The notes beneath the pieces are model-generated. The model did not search any database. It was given only the letters and a program-made list of their open reading frames with translations, and was not told where the DNA came from. This document shows positions 1 to 8,249 of a stretch of DNA of 64,000 nucleotides, in pieces (the stretch's first letter is position 1; each line of letters starts with the position of its first letter). The position numbers and the translations under genes were made by a program. This DNA is from an uncultured Fidelibacterota bacterium (GTDB taxonomy: Bacteria; Fidelibacterota; Marinisomatia; Marinisomatales; UBA1611), in NCBI GenBank assembly GCA_913040915.1, contig CAJWHW010000007.1, forward strand, positions 1-64,000, in the 5' to 3' direction.

Positions 1-422
1 TTACCCTTCAAACTGGTAACTCAACTACTGGCTCAATTACAATTACAGATGGGGCCGATGGCGATATCACTGTTGCTCCGAATGGTACAGGAAAAACAGA
101 TTTTAATGATAATGCCATTACAGGCTATGGTGCTGATTTACAGACACTTTCCGGCACATCAAAAACTCTGGCAGCAGCGGATAACGGCACCGTTATCGTT
201 TGTTCCAGCAACAGTGCTATAACGATCACTGTGCCGGCCAGTTTACCATCCGGTTTTAATTGTATGATCATCCAGAACGGCAGCGGACAGGTTTCCTTAA
301 GCGCGTCCAGCACAACGCTGAACAATCGCAACGGCAGCGCAACCGCAGGCCAGTATGCAATCATGACTCTGGTCCACTTAGGCAGTAACGTTTTTGTTGT
401 CTCAGGAGACACAACTTCTTAA
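1..422 (+). CDS. 5'-truncated Gly/Ser/Thr-rich fibre-like protein, C-terminal part; resembles phage tail-fibre distal domains
   Basis: The frame of ORF 231..422 stays open back to position 3 (TLQTGNSTTGSITITDGADGDITVAPNGTGKTDF...KTLAAADNGTVIVCSSNSAITITVPASLPSGFNCMIIQNGSGQVSL...VVSGDTTS*), so the gene starts upstream of the window. Confidence 0.7.
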   Translation, partial: TLQTGNSTTGSITITDGADGDITVAPNGTGKTDFNDNAITGYGADLQTLSGTSKTLAAADNGTVIVCSSNSAITITVPASLPSGFNCMIIQNGSGQVSLSASSTTLNNRNGSATAGQYAIMTLVHLGSNVFVVSGDTTS

Positions 423-446
423 TAGGCTTTGGACTTTCCAAAATCA

Positions 447-2276
447 ATGAAGCTGAAAATAAATAAGAGACTCTCTTTGAATACAGTATTAGGATTTTCA
501 CTTTTGATCTGTTCTATACTTAATGGACAGGACTATGAGTTGCGGACCTATCAGGTACCAACAACACAGGAGAGAATAAGCTCTGACTCCTTATCCCTTA
601 TGGGAAATATCGGAAGTTCCATATATCACACAAGTTCGTCTGACTCATTAAAGCTTAAAGGTGGAATGACACCGGTCATAGGCAGCTTGTTCAAAAGTCC
701 GCCGGAGCTGGCTACATTTATCAGCGACACAATCAGGAATGATGGGATGCCTGTTATTATTCGTGCCGTGGCAACGGACCTGAACGGAATAAATGGCTCT
801 ACCTTATTTATCCAGCCCGGTGGCGGAGCCCCTCTTGAGTTTCCCATGGTGGCTCTAGATGACAGTACCTTTGAAGCATCTGTCCCAGAGAGCTTACTCA
901 CCATTCGCAACTTTCGAGCTTGGGTGGTTACAGTTGATGGTATGTACTATGAAACTATAAGCCAGTATGATACGCCCAGTATGGAGTTTGGAATATCAGA
1001 ACTTTCAATGACAAATCAGTTTAGCCATTACCCGGAAGGTATAAAATCAGAAAAATGGCGGATGATATCCTGGCCAGGTGTGTTGGATAATAATGCACTC
1101 TCTTCAGATGACAAAGGGCATAGATTTTATGACTGGGATTTAACTACTAATAATTGGATAACACCCGAAACTATTGAGCCGGGAAAAGCTTACTGGTTTA
1201 AGCACAAATATTCAAGCGTACCCTTATTTGAAAATACAGAATCAGCAGGTACTGCTGTGCCACTAGTGGATTATGAAATTGAGCTACAACCAGGTTGGAA
1301 TATTATTGGCAGTCCTTTTTCATTTCCAGTTGAAGTGGATTATGACCCCAAAGAAATTTCAGGACTTTATTTATACGGACAAAACTCCCAAGATGGCTGG
1401 AGTTCACCACAGACAACCATGAAACCCTGGGCGGGTTATGCCATTAATGCAAAAATTAGTGGCCAAAGCATAACCCTTAAACCCTTCCCCGCTGAAAATG
1501 AACAGACAGACGTAGCGAGAGTAACTAAAAGTAATTGGACTATCAATCTACTCTTAGATGGAGAAGATTTCTTTGATCATAGTAATAGGATTGGTCGCCA
1601 AGATGACGCATTAGAATACGAAGATGGCTATGATGTTCCTAGCTTGCCCCATCTAGATCATTTCATAAAGATTAGTATGGATCTGAATCAGAATTCAGAC
1701 TTTAATTTTTCAAGCGATATTCGTTCTACAGATGAATTTAATGGTGTCTGGAATTTTAGGCTTAGGGGCAAAGGACATTCAAAGCCTGTGGTAGTTACTT
1801 CAAAAATTACTACTTCACTGCCAAGTATGCTTGTGGTTAAGGTTGTGGATATTCCAAATCGAACCATCTATGATCAGTTTCTTCTGACTGGAATTACTGT
1901 TAATGAAAAATTGACCGAAGGTTATGATATGAAACTGATTGCAGGAGATCAGGATTATATTGAAGAAACTGTACAGAAAATTTTATCCGAGATTCCAGAA
2001 GATTTTTCATTGAGTCAGAACTATCCCAATCCATTTAACCCTTTGACCAGGATTGATTTTACCCTACCTAGATCCGGAGATGTCTCGATTGTCATTTATA
2101 ATCTTAAAGGGCAGCAAGTTAAAACTTTAGTTGCAGAAAAAATGAAATACGGCTTTCACACCATCACCTGGAACGGTCTGGATCAGTTTGGACGGTCTGT
2201 GTCATCGGGTGTTTATTTTTCAGAAATGAGAGCAAGAGGATTTCGCCAGACAAAGAAAATGCTACTGTTGAAATGA
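447..2276 (+). CDS. Secreted protein with C-terminal T9SS type A sorting (Por secretion tail / FlgD-Ig-like) domain
   Basis: Signal peptide ending ILNG|QD; C-terminus IPEDFSLSQNYPNPFNP...IYNLKGQQVKTLV...WNG.D..G..VSSGVYF...KKMLLLK; ATG 447 preferred over TTG 429. Confidence 0.85.
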   Translation: MKLKINKRLSLNTVLGFSLLICSILNGQDYELRTYQVPTTQERISSDSLSLMGNIGSSIYHTSSSDSLKLKGGMTPVIGSLFKSPPELATFISDTIRNDGMPVIIRAVATDLNGINGSTLFIQPGGGAPLEFPMVALDDSTFEASVPESLLTIRNFRAWVVTVDGMYYETISQYDTPSMEFGISELSMTNQFSHYPEGIKSEKWRMISWPGVLDNNALSSDDKGHRFYDWDLTTNNWITPETIEPGKAYWFKHKYSSVPLFENTESAGTAVPLVDYEIELQPGWNIIGSPFSFPVEVDYDPKEISGLYLYGQNSQDGWSSPQTTMKPWAGYAINAKISGQSITLKPFPAENEQTDVARVTKSNWTINLLLDGEDFFDHSNRIGRQDDALEYEDGYDVPSLPHLDHFIKISMDLNQNSDFNFSSDIRSTDEFNGVWNFRLRGKGHSKPVVVTSKITTSLPSMLVVKVVDIPNRTIYDQFLLTGITVNEKLTEGYDMKLIAGDQDYIEETVQKILSEIPEDFSLSQNYPNPFNPLTRIDFTLPRSGDVSIVIYNLKGQQVKTLVAEKMKYGFHTITWNGLDQFGRSVSSGVYFSEMRARGFRQTKKMLLLK

Positions 2277-3415
2277 TAAAATTAAACATTATAAACATAA
2301 TTATATTTTGTTTACTATTTATAAACAAAATGAATGCCCAGTTTGCCTTGCCTACTTTTCAGGCGGTCAGTGCAAAGGATAACATAGCGCCAACCATTAC
2401 AGGCAATAGTCTGGCATCTGATAACAGCACCATCGCAATCACATTCATTGAAGCAGTTTTCAACACCAGTGGCGGAAGTGGATCGTTGCAGGTAAGTGAT
2501 TTTGAATTTTCCATCAGTGGTGGATCAGCAACACTCTCGAGTACGACACCCAGCAGCATATCCGTAAGTGGTAATACCTATACACTTGGTATTTCTTTAT
2601 CTGGGATAGCAAATGGCAGTGAGACACTAACGGTAAATCCTGTTGATGATAGCATTTATGATAAATCAGGAAATGAAGCCAGCACATCCCAGAGCAATAA
2701 TACAGCATCATTAAATGTCACTAACTACGTTATTGATTTTGATGGTAATAATGATTACGCATCCATAGCGTATAGTACTGCTTTTCAGCCAGATAACTTT
2801 ACAGTTCAAGCATGGGTCAATTTGGATGCATTTCAAAATGAAGATTATTTTGTTTACAGGCACAAAACCTGGTTCATAGGATTTAGTCGCTCTGGCACAA
2901 AAATAGAAGCTGGTGTTAGGGATGATGATGGTGACTGGCTGTATCCTAAATCAAGCACCACTCCTAGTACAAGTGGTGGCTGGTATCATGTTGTGCTTAC
3001 ATTCCAAGGAACCGGCAGTTCAACGGAATATGCAAAATTGTATATTAATGGAAGCCTCGAAGACACTGAATCCAACAATAATCATGATCTAAATTCTCAA
3101 AATACAAAAGTTTCAATGGGTGCGAAGATTAATGCCAGTAACCAAGTATCAAATTATTTCAATGGTCAGATAGATGAAGTTTCTTTTTGGAATGAAGTGC
3201 TTGCCGCAAACGAAATATCAGCATTGTATAATTCTGGGACACCTATTGATGCCAGTTCAAACAGCGGGAACTACACATCAAGTTCCGGTCTAGTTTCGTA
3301 TTATAAATTTCAACAGAACACAAACAGTGAAACAGGAAGTCACAATGCGACAAATAGCGGCGCAAGCTATTCTAATGTTACAATTAGTGGAGCTGAAGGA
3401 GAAGGAATACCCTAA
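2273..3415 (+). CDS. Secreted Ig-like + LamG/concanavalin-A-like jellyroll domain protein
   Basis: Signal peptide (..KMNA|QF); D..APTI Ig-like segment; LamG motifs FDGNNDY, FTVQAWV, WYHVVLT, KLYINGSL, FNGQIDEVSFWNEVL; ATGA overlap with the upstream gene. Confidence 0.85.
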   Translation: MIKLNIINIIIFCLLFINKMNAQFALPTFQAVSAKDNIAPTITGNSLASDNSTIAITFIEAVFNTSGGSGSLQVSDFEFSISGGSATLSSTTPSSISVSGNTYTLGISLSGIANGSETLTVNPVDDSIYDKSGNEASTSQSNNTASLNVTNYVIDFDGNNDYASIAYSTAFQPDNFTVQAWVNLDAFQNEDYFVYRHKTWFIGFSRSGTKIEAGVRDDDGDWLYPKSSTTPSTSGGWYHVVLTFQGTGSSTEYAKLYINGSLEDTESNNNHDLNSQNTKVSMGAKINASNQVSNYFNGQIDEVSFWNEVLAANEISALYNSGTPIDASSNSGNYTSSSGLVSYYKFQQNTNSETGSHNATNSGASYSNVTISGAEGEGIP

Positions 3416-3437
3416 ACTATAGAGATTTATTATTTAT

Positions 3438-3660
3438 GGACAAATTGATGAATTTACTTTCTAGAATGAATCGCATTTTTATTACTTCTTAGATAACTGC
3501 ACTATACGATAGCGGCGCTGGCCTATATACAGGTACTTATTGAGGGAGTTATACTTCTTCAGCTAATTTAGTGTGCTATCATCAGATATAAATTATCTGG
3601 GATGATAGAAATGGTAGTGGTAGTGGTAGTTGAAATGGTAGTGGTGTATGGATAGCTTAG
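3438..3660 (+). pseudogene. Decayed fragment of a second LamG-domain gene (C-terminal part)
   Basis: Manual translation gives GQIDEFTF*NE (3438-3470) and ITS*ITALYDSGAGLYTGTY*GSYTSSANLVCYHQI* (3481-3591), matching the upstream protein's GQIDEVSFWNE...EISALYNSGTPIDASSNSGNYTSSSGLVSYYKF, with stops and a frameshift. Confidence 0.75.
3608..3645. repeat. Short direct repeat GAAATGGTAGTGGT x2, overlapping (GGTAGT)x3
   Basis: Copies at 3608-3621 and 3632-3645; would encode NGSGSGS/NGSG within the LamG remnant. Confidence 0.8.
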
Positions 3661-3720
3661 AATTATAAGCTATATAATCCAGAGATATAATCAGTCTATG
3701 GAGAATCTTCTTGTTTTAAA

Positions 3721-4151
3721 GATCCCGATTTAATTGGATATATATTTGTAGCACCTTATGCTATTATTAGAAACTGGCATCTGTTCCATTCTAACAATGG
3801 ACTCTACACCCTGTGGTTACATTTTAGGTACAGATGATTCCATTACATTTTATGAAAAGTGTGAAGAAATGTGGTTTCCTAAATTTTGCAAACAATACCC
3901 ACTTCCAAAAAAGCATGAGGGCTCTTTAAAAGCTAATTATAAACGGCATCTAAATCGGGGTCATATTATTGAAAATGGGCTAAAAGATTACTCTGCCCAT
4001 TGCTCAAGGGAAAGGATCTGGTCGTAAACTAATCGAACGATTTTTGAAGCAACTACGATCCCAAGGTGTTCCTGGAGTACACCTTATTGTTAACAAAAAC
4101 AATCAAAATGCAATTGGCTTTTGTCGGAAGGTTGGTTTTCAGGAATTGTAA
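3721..4151 (+). pseudogene. Frameshifted GNAT-family N-acetyltransferase
   Basis: Three frames join: DPDLIGYIFVAPY (3721) / LETGICSILTMDSTPCGYILGTDD...DYSAH (ORF 3758..4027) / AQGKGSGRKLIERFLKQLRSQGVPGVHLIVNKNNQNAIGFCRKVGFQEL* (4002-4151), which holds the acetyl-CoA motif QGxGxG. Confidence 0.8.
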
Positions 4152-4165
4152 CTATTCAATCTAGT

Positions 4166-6505
4166 TTAAAAGTTTGCCCTGTAGTTAAGACCAAACCAAA
4201 ATTTATTTTCTGGCATCCAATCACCTTTCAGATCAGCATTCTTACTGAGCCCCGTAAATGAAATTCCAATTTCATCTGACACATTAAGATCTAATGACCA
4301 AATAGAGTTAAGACCTGTGATTGTCTGGAATGAGAATTCATAGAAAGGGACTTTAGAGATTTTAATGAAATCCATAAAAGATAACCTTTCAATGAAATTT
4401 GGTTTTTGACCAATTTGTCCAGTTATATCAAACCTAAAATAAAAAGATGTTAGATTTGTATAAGAGTTTCCTTCATCATTAAGGGATTCATAAGTATAGC
4501 TACCTGTACTATTAGAATCTACAGGTGCAGTGTAAACTTGATTAAAAAATGTTCTCTCATACAGATCCTGTCCTGCATCTATTGCTTGAATTCTAGTATC
4601 TTTCAGCCTGTGTGCTACTTTAATGAAGTGATAACCAGGTGTTGCAGTGAAACGTCCAATAAATGGAACCTTAATGGGGACCTGAACAGTAGTCGCAATT
4701 AAGGCATAACTATCAAGGATATTCAGGTTAACTGTGGAATCTTCAACTGCCTGCCATTTTGTTGTATCAGCCAATAGCTCTGGAGATGATAGCTTTTTTG
4801 AGCTTGAAGGATAAAATGTAAATCCCATTAAACCATGGAAATCAGCTTTGGTGGCAAAAAGGCTTTCAATATTCCCCCTTGCATACAGGCCTCCATAATC
4901 TGCACTGAGCAAAGATGTCTCATTATCATACCCAGTAGTCCCAATATCAAACGAGAATGGTAATCTAACACCAAATTCTGATTGGTGTGTAGCAACACCA
5001 AATTCCCCGGAACCACCAATCATACCTGGCAAACCGATCAGCTGATTCCCTACGCGCAGGTTCGCTGCATACTGCAATAGGTTTGAACGCATTGAAAGAG
5101 ATGCAAGTGAAAATTTAAAGTTACTACTATGCCAAACTGAAAATTCAGATCCATATCCAGCGATTAATCTTTCATTTTCACTCTCGTGAAAAACTGTTTC
5201 TGATGTACTATTTAAATACTGATCACGCTCTAAAAGAACATCTTGAATATCTTGACTAAAAACCCAGTCAACTTTTTCACGGTCAATAATAGTGTAATCA
5301 AGTCCGTTACCATACCAGATTTCATGAATTTCTTTGTTATTATCTTTTCTTTGAACCAAAATAATTTGATCTGTGGGTTTTAGCTCTTTAATTTGATTAG
5401 AAGACTCATCTTCATCATCAGTTCCATCAATATTTCTTAAACTCATATAGTTTAAAACGGCATCTTCCATTAGGATATGGTAAGGCTGATGATCAACAGT
5501 CCAAGATATAAATTTACGCTGATCTAAGGATTTTACTTCTGTTTCCATTTCGTCCGTTACAGTAATAGTTGCAGAACCACCAACAGATAATTTGCTATCT
5601 TTACTATCAATAATTTTATAGGCTATTTCGTAAACATTATCTTTATTTTGGTCAAGCGGATTTTCATAATCAGGCTCTTTTAAAAATGAAATGTCTCCAC
5701 CCCTTGTTATCTTAAAAACACCCTTGTCAGGACTTTCACTTAATTTAAATTTTACTCCAGACTGGTCACTATCAGGATCGTCAGCTTCTATCTTCGCTAC
5801 AATTTTTCCTGTATTCTCAGCGTGAAATAACTTTTTACTTTTAGTATTGAGTATCGGGCTTTCATTTTCATTTTCAACCTTAATGATAATGGTACCAACG
5901 AAAGACTCTTTATCTGAGTCAGAAACACGTAAGGTGATTGTGTAATTATTTTGCGATTCAAAATCAAATGCTTGTTTTGTAACAAGATTTTTTCCATCAA
6001 TCCTAAAATTATCTCTACTACCATCTCGAGCCAGCTCATAGGTAAATACATCGCCTTCATCAGGATCAGATACTACTAAGGCACCTACAACTGTACCTTC
6101 CGGTTGATTCTCTTTCACCGTATTTTTATCAAGAGTAACCGACTCTGGAGCATCGTTTACTGCATTAACATTTATTCTTACCTGTGCTATCCCATTAGCT
6201 GTACCTATATCAACCTTGTACTTAAAAACATCAATACCATTTGCATTAGCGTTTGGCGTGTAAACGATGTTTTGTCCATTGATTTCTGTAGTTCCAAATT
6301 TTGGTTGTTCCACAATTTCCAATAATAGGTTACTTTTATCTTTTATTTCATCATTTTTCAATACGCTTACAGCAATGGATCCATCTTCTGAAACCTGGGC
6401 ATTATCATTTTTTAGCGATAGACTGTTATCCTGAGCAATTAAGATAAAATTCAGCAACAGTATCCAAAATAAATTCCTTGAAATATTTATCATGTTCATA
6501 TCCAT
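4166..6505 (-). CDS. Secreted protein: N-terminal Ig-like (Big_9-type) and cadherin domains fused to a putative outer-membrane beta-rich domain
   Basis: Signal peptide (..LIA|QD); cadherin Ca motifs VNDAP, DPDEGD, FDFE, ENESP, PDYENPLD.NKDNVYE; C-terminal half has amphipathic strands and ends FWFGLNYRANF (terminal Phe). Confidence 0.7.
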   Translation of the reverse strand: MDMNMINISRNLFWILLLNFILIAQDNSLSLKNDNAQVSEDGSIAVSVLKNDEIKDKSNLLLEIVEQPKFGTTEINGQNIVYTPNANANGIDVFKYKVDIGTANGIAQVRINVNAVNDAPESVTLDKNTVKENQPEGTVVGALVVSDPDEGDVFTYELARDGSRDNFRIDGKNLVTKQAFDFESQNNYTITLRVSDSDKESFVGTIIIKVENENESPILNTKSKKLFHAENTGKIVAKIEADDPDSDQSGVKFKLSESPDKGVFKITRGGDISFLKEPDYENPLDQNKDNVYEIAYKIIDSKDSKLSVGGSATITVTDEMETEVKSLDQRKFISWTVDHQPYHILMEDAVLNYMSLRNIDGTDDEDESSNQIKELKPTDQIILVQRKDNNKEIHEIWYGNGLDYTIIDREKVDWVFSQDIQDVLLERDQYLNSTSETVFHESENERLIAGYGSEFSVWHSSNFKFSLASLSMRSNLLQYAANLRVGNQLIGLPGMIGGSGEFGVATHQSEFGVRLPFSFDIGTTGYDNETSLLSADYGGLYARGNIESLFATKADFHGLMGFTFYPSSSKKLSSPELLADTTKWQAVEDSTVNLNILDSYALIATTVQVPIKVPFIGRFTATPGYHFIKVAHRLKDTRIQAIDAGQDLYERTFFNQVYTAPVDSNSTGSYTYESLNDEGNSYTNLTSFYFRFDITGQIGQKPNFIERLSFMDFIKISKVPFYEFSFQTITGLNSIWSLDLNVSDEIGISFTGLSKNADLKGDWMPENKFWFGLNYRANF

Positions 6506-6511
6506 AATAAT

Positions 6512-8245
6512 TTAAAAATTGACAGTTATATAAGGAGAGATTAATAGAGTTCCACCACCATCTCCTAATTCATCGGGCCTACTGCCAGGATACCACTGCC
6601 ATTTACTTTCCGAATCACGTTTATCTGTAAATTCGATATAAGAATTATTTGGATATAACGTACAATCAATTCCTAGATTAACCATTTTATAGACGTTATG
6701 CTCCAGTCCAAAACTGTAAGCCTTAAATCCATTACCAGATACATTAAGCTGAACGAATGCTTTTGTATTTTTTGTATCTGTGACCCCTTCTACTTTTGCA
6801 TAAAAACCGATTGAATTTGTACCGGTGACTCGGTCTGTTATGCTGATATCATTTTTTTCATCAATCACACCGTGAACTATTTGCGCAAAAGATAAACCAG
6901 CTTTTAAACGCATTGAAGCAAATGCTTCACTTATTTTTAATTCTTTTCCCTTGCCTTTTCTTGCAACAATATCAGTTGTGGCAACTTTGAGAAGTTGTTG
7001 ATCTGCTGCAATAAGAGTCTCTAATGGTACCATCAATAATTCTTCACCATCCCATTTTAGACCATCCAAAAATTCTTGATCTTTTTCTGAAAGGTCTGTT
7101 AGTTTAAACACCATCTGAAATTCATCACTTTTTCTAAGAAGTACGACTTGGTTTTTATCCCTTTCCTGAAGAATTGCTTCTACAGTTCCTCCAGATTTTT
7201 TAGTCCAGACTCTTCCTTTTGCAGCTGCATTATGATCTTTTTCATTCCTATCCACTGCAATAGCTACGTTACCATCTTTCAAGCTTCTAAAGATTCCGGA
7301 GTAACTTTCATCTCCTATCGACCAGGTACGTGACTTTGTAACAATCTTTTTTGCTTCAGCTTTTTCTTTTTTCTGCTTTTTTAATTTTTTACCATAACTG
7401 GTATCAACCTTCCTGTTAATTTGGAAAGTGTTGCTCCAATACATTAGCCCACTGCTTGCAGGAAAAACCATATGCTTACGGCTATACACCTTTTCCCATT
7501 CATACTCTTCTCCATCAATATTCATATAATTGACCTGTCCACCAAGCATATGAGTATCAAACTTGAAACCAAATCCTATATTCCCTTCCAGTGGATGACC
7601 AATTCCATTCAAAACAGATTCCGTATTACCTGGAATGATGAGGTAGGTGCTGACCATGTCATTGGATAAACCCAATAATAGGTTTTCTGATAATTGGCGA
7701 CTGAAACCAAGATCAGCGAAACCTTGCTCAATTCGTAATGCCAGGTTGCTGCTTTTTTGCCGGATGAATATCTTTAATGACGAACTTGCACTGATTTGTG
7801 AGTTCGACCACCAGAATGCATCCCTGGCATCTTTGAAACTGCGTTCTTTAAAAATATTATCAACAGTACTGAATTCTTCTAATTCAGATAGGTCTTCTCT
7901 GCTTGCATCCTTCCACTTGTATTCTCTATCTAATATAGTATTTAACTGGAACGGATCCATTTTCCCTACTTCATCCATCATGAATGACTGATACTCACCC
8001 ATTTGGTAATTTTTGGCTTTCAGCTTTCTAAGCTCAACCTTATCATCCATGGCTTCAACATGAACAATAATTGAATGAGAAGCCTGGATCGTATTCTCTT
8101 CAAACTTATCAACTTCAATAAGACGATTGATATAAGCTTCAATGAACTCACTGTTGACAATTGGATCTGCCACTTCCCAGTACAAGGATTCCTGCGCCAT
8201 AAGGCCAGTTCCTAAGAGAATGATCAAAATCCTTAATTTCATCAT
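6512..8245 (-). CDS. Putative outer-membrane protein with inserted SHD1-like domains
   Basis: Signal peptide MMKLRILIILLGTGLMA|QE (start at 8245 avoids overlap); SHD1-like motif RVWTKKSGGTVEA...VVLLRKSD...FKLTDLSEKDQEFL; ends LISPYITVNF. Confidence 0.6.
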   Translation of the reverse strand: MMKLRILIILLGTGLMAQESLYWEVADPIVNSEFIEAYINRLIEVDKFEENTIQASHSIIVHVEAMDDKVELRKLKAKNYQMGEYQSFMMDEVGKMDPFQLNTILDREYKWKDASREDLSELEEFSTVDNIFKERSFKDARDAFWWSNSQISASSSLKIFIRQKSSNLALRIEQGFADLGFSRQLSENLLLGLSNDMVSTYLIIPGNTESVLNGIGHPLEGNIGFGFKFDTHMLGGQVNYMNIDGEEYEWEKVYSRKHMVFPASSGLMYWSNTFQINRKVDTSYGKKLKKQKKEKAEAKKIVTKSRTWSIGDESYSGIFRSLKDGNVAIAVDRNEKDHNAAAKGRVWTKKSGGTVEAILQERDKNQVVLLRKSDEFQMVFKLTDLSEKDQEFLDGLKWDGEELLMVPLETLIAADQQLLKVATTDIVARKGKGKELKISEAFASMRLKAGLSFAQIVHGVIDEKNDISITDRVTGTNSIGFYAKVEGVTDTKNTKAFVQLNVSGNGFKAYSFGLEHNVYKMVNLGIDCTLYPNNSYIEFTDKRDSESKWQWYPGSRPDELGDGGGTLLISPYITVNF

Positions 8246-8249
8246 TTTA

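Noticed and set aside
1..422. Prophage
   Set aside because: Only a fibre-like domain is present; neighbours have Sec signals or a T9SS CTD, and no capsid, terminase or integrase genes are visible. Sequence upstream of the window cannot be assessed.
3608..3645. GAAATGGTAGTGGT repeat as a CRISPR array
   Set aside because: Only two 14-bp copies with a low-complexity 10-bp gap and no cas genes; explained as Gly-Ser codons.
3438..3660. Downstream copy of the LamG C-terminus as a diversity-generating retroelement template repeat
   Set aside because: DNA similarity is low, differences are not confined to adenines, indels are present, and no reverse transcriptase gene is in the window.
3758..4027. 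89-aa ORF as an intact small protein
   Set aside because: It is the middle frame of a frameshifted GNAT pseudogene.
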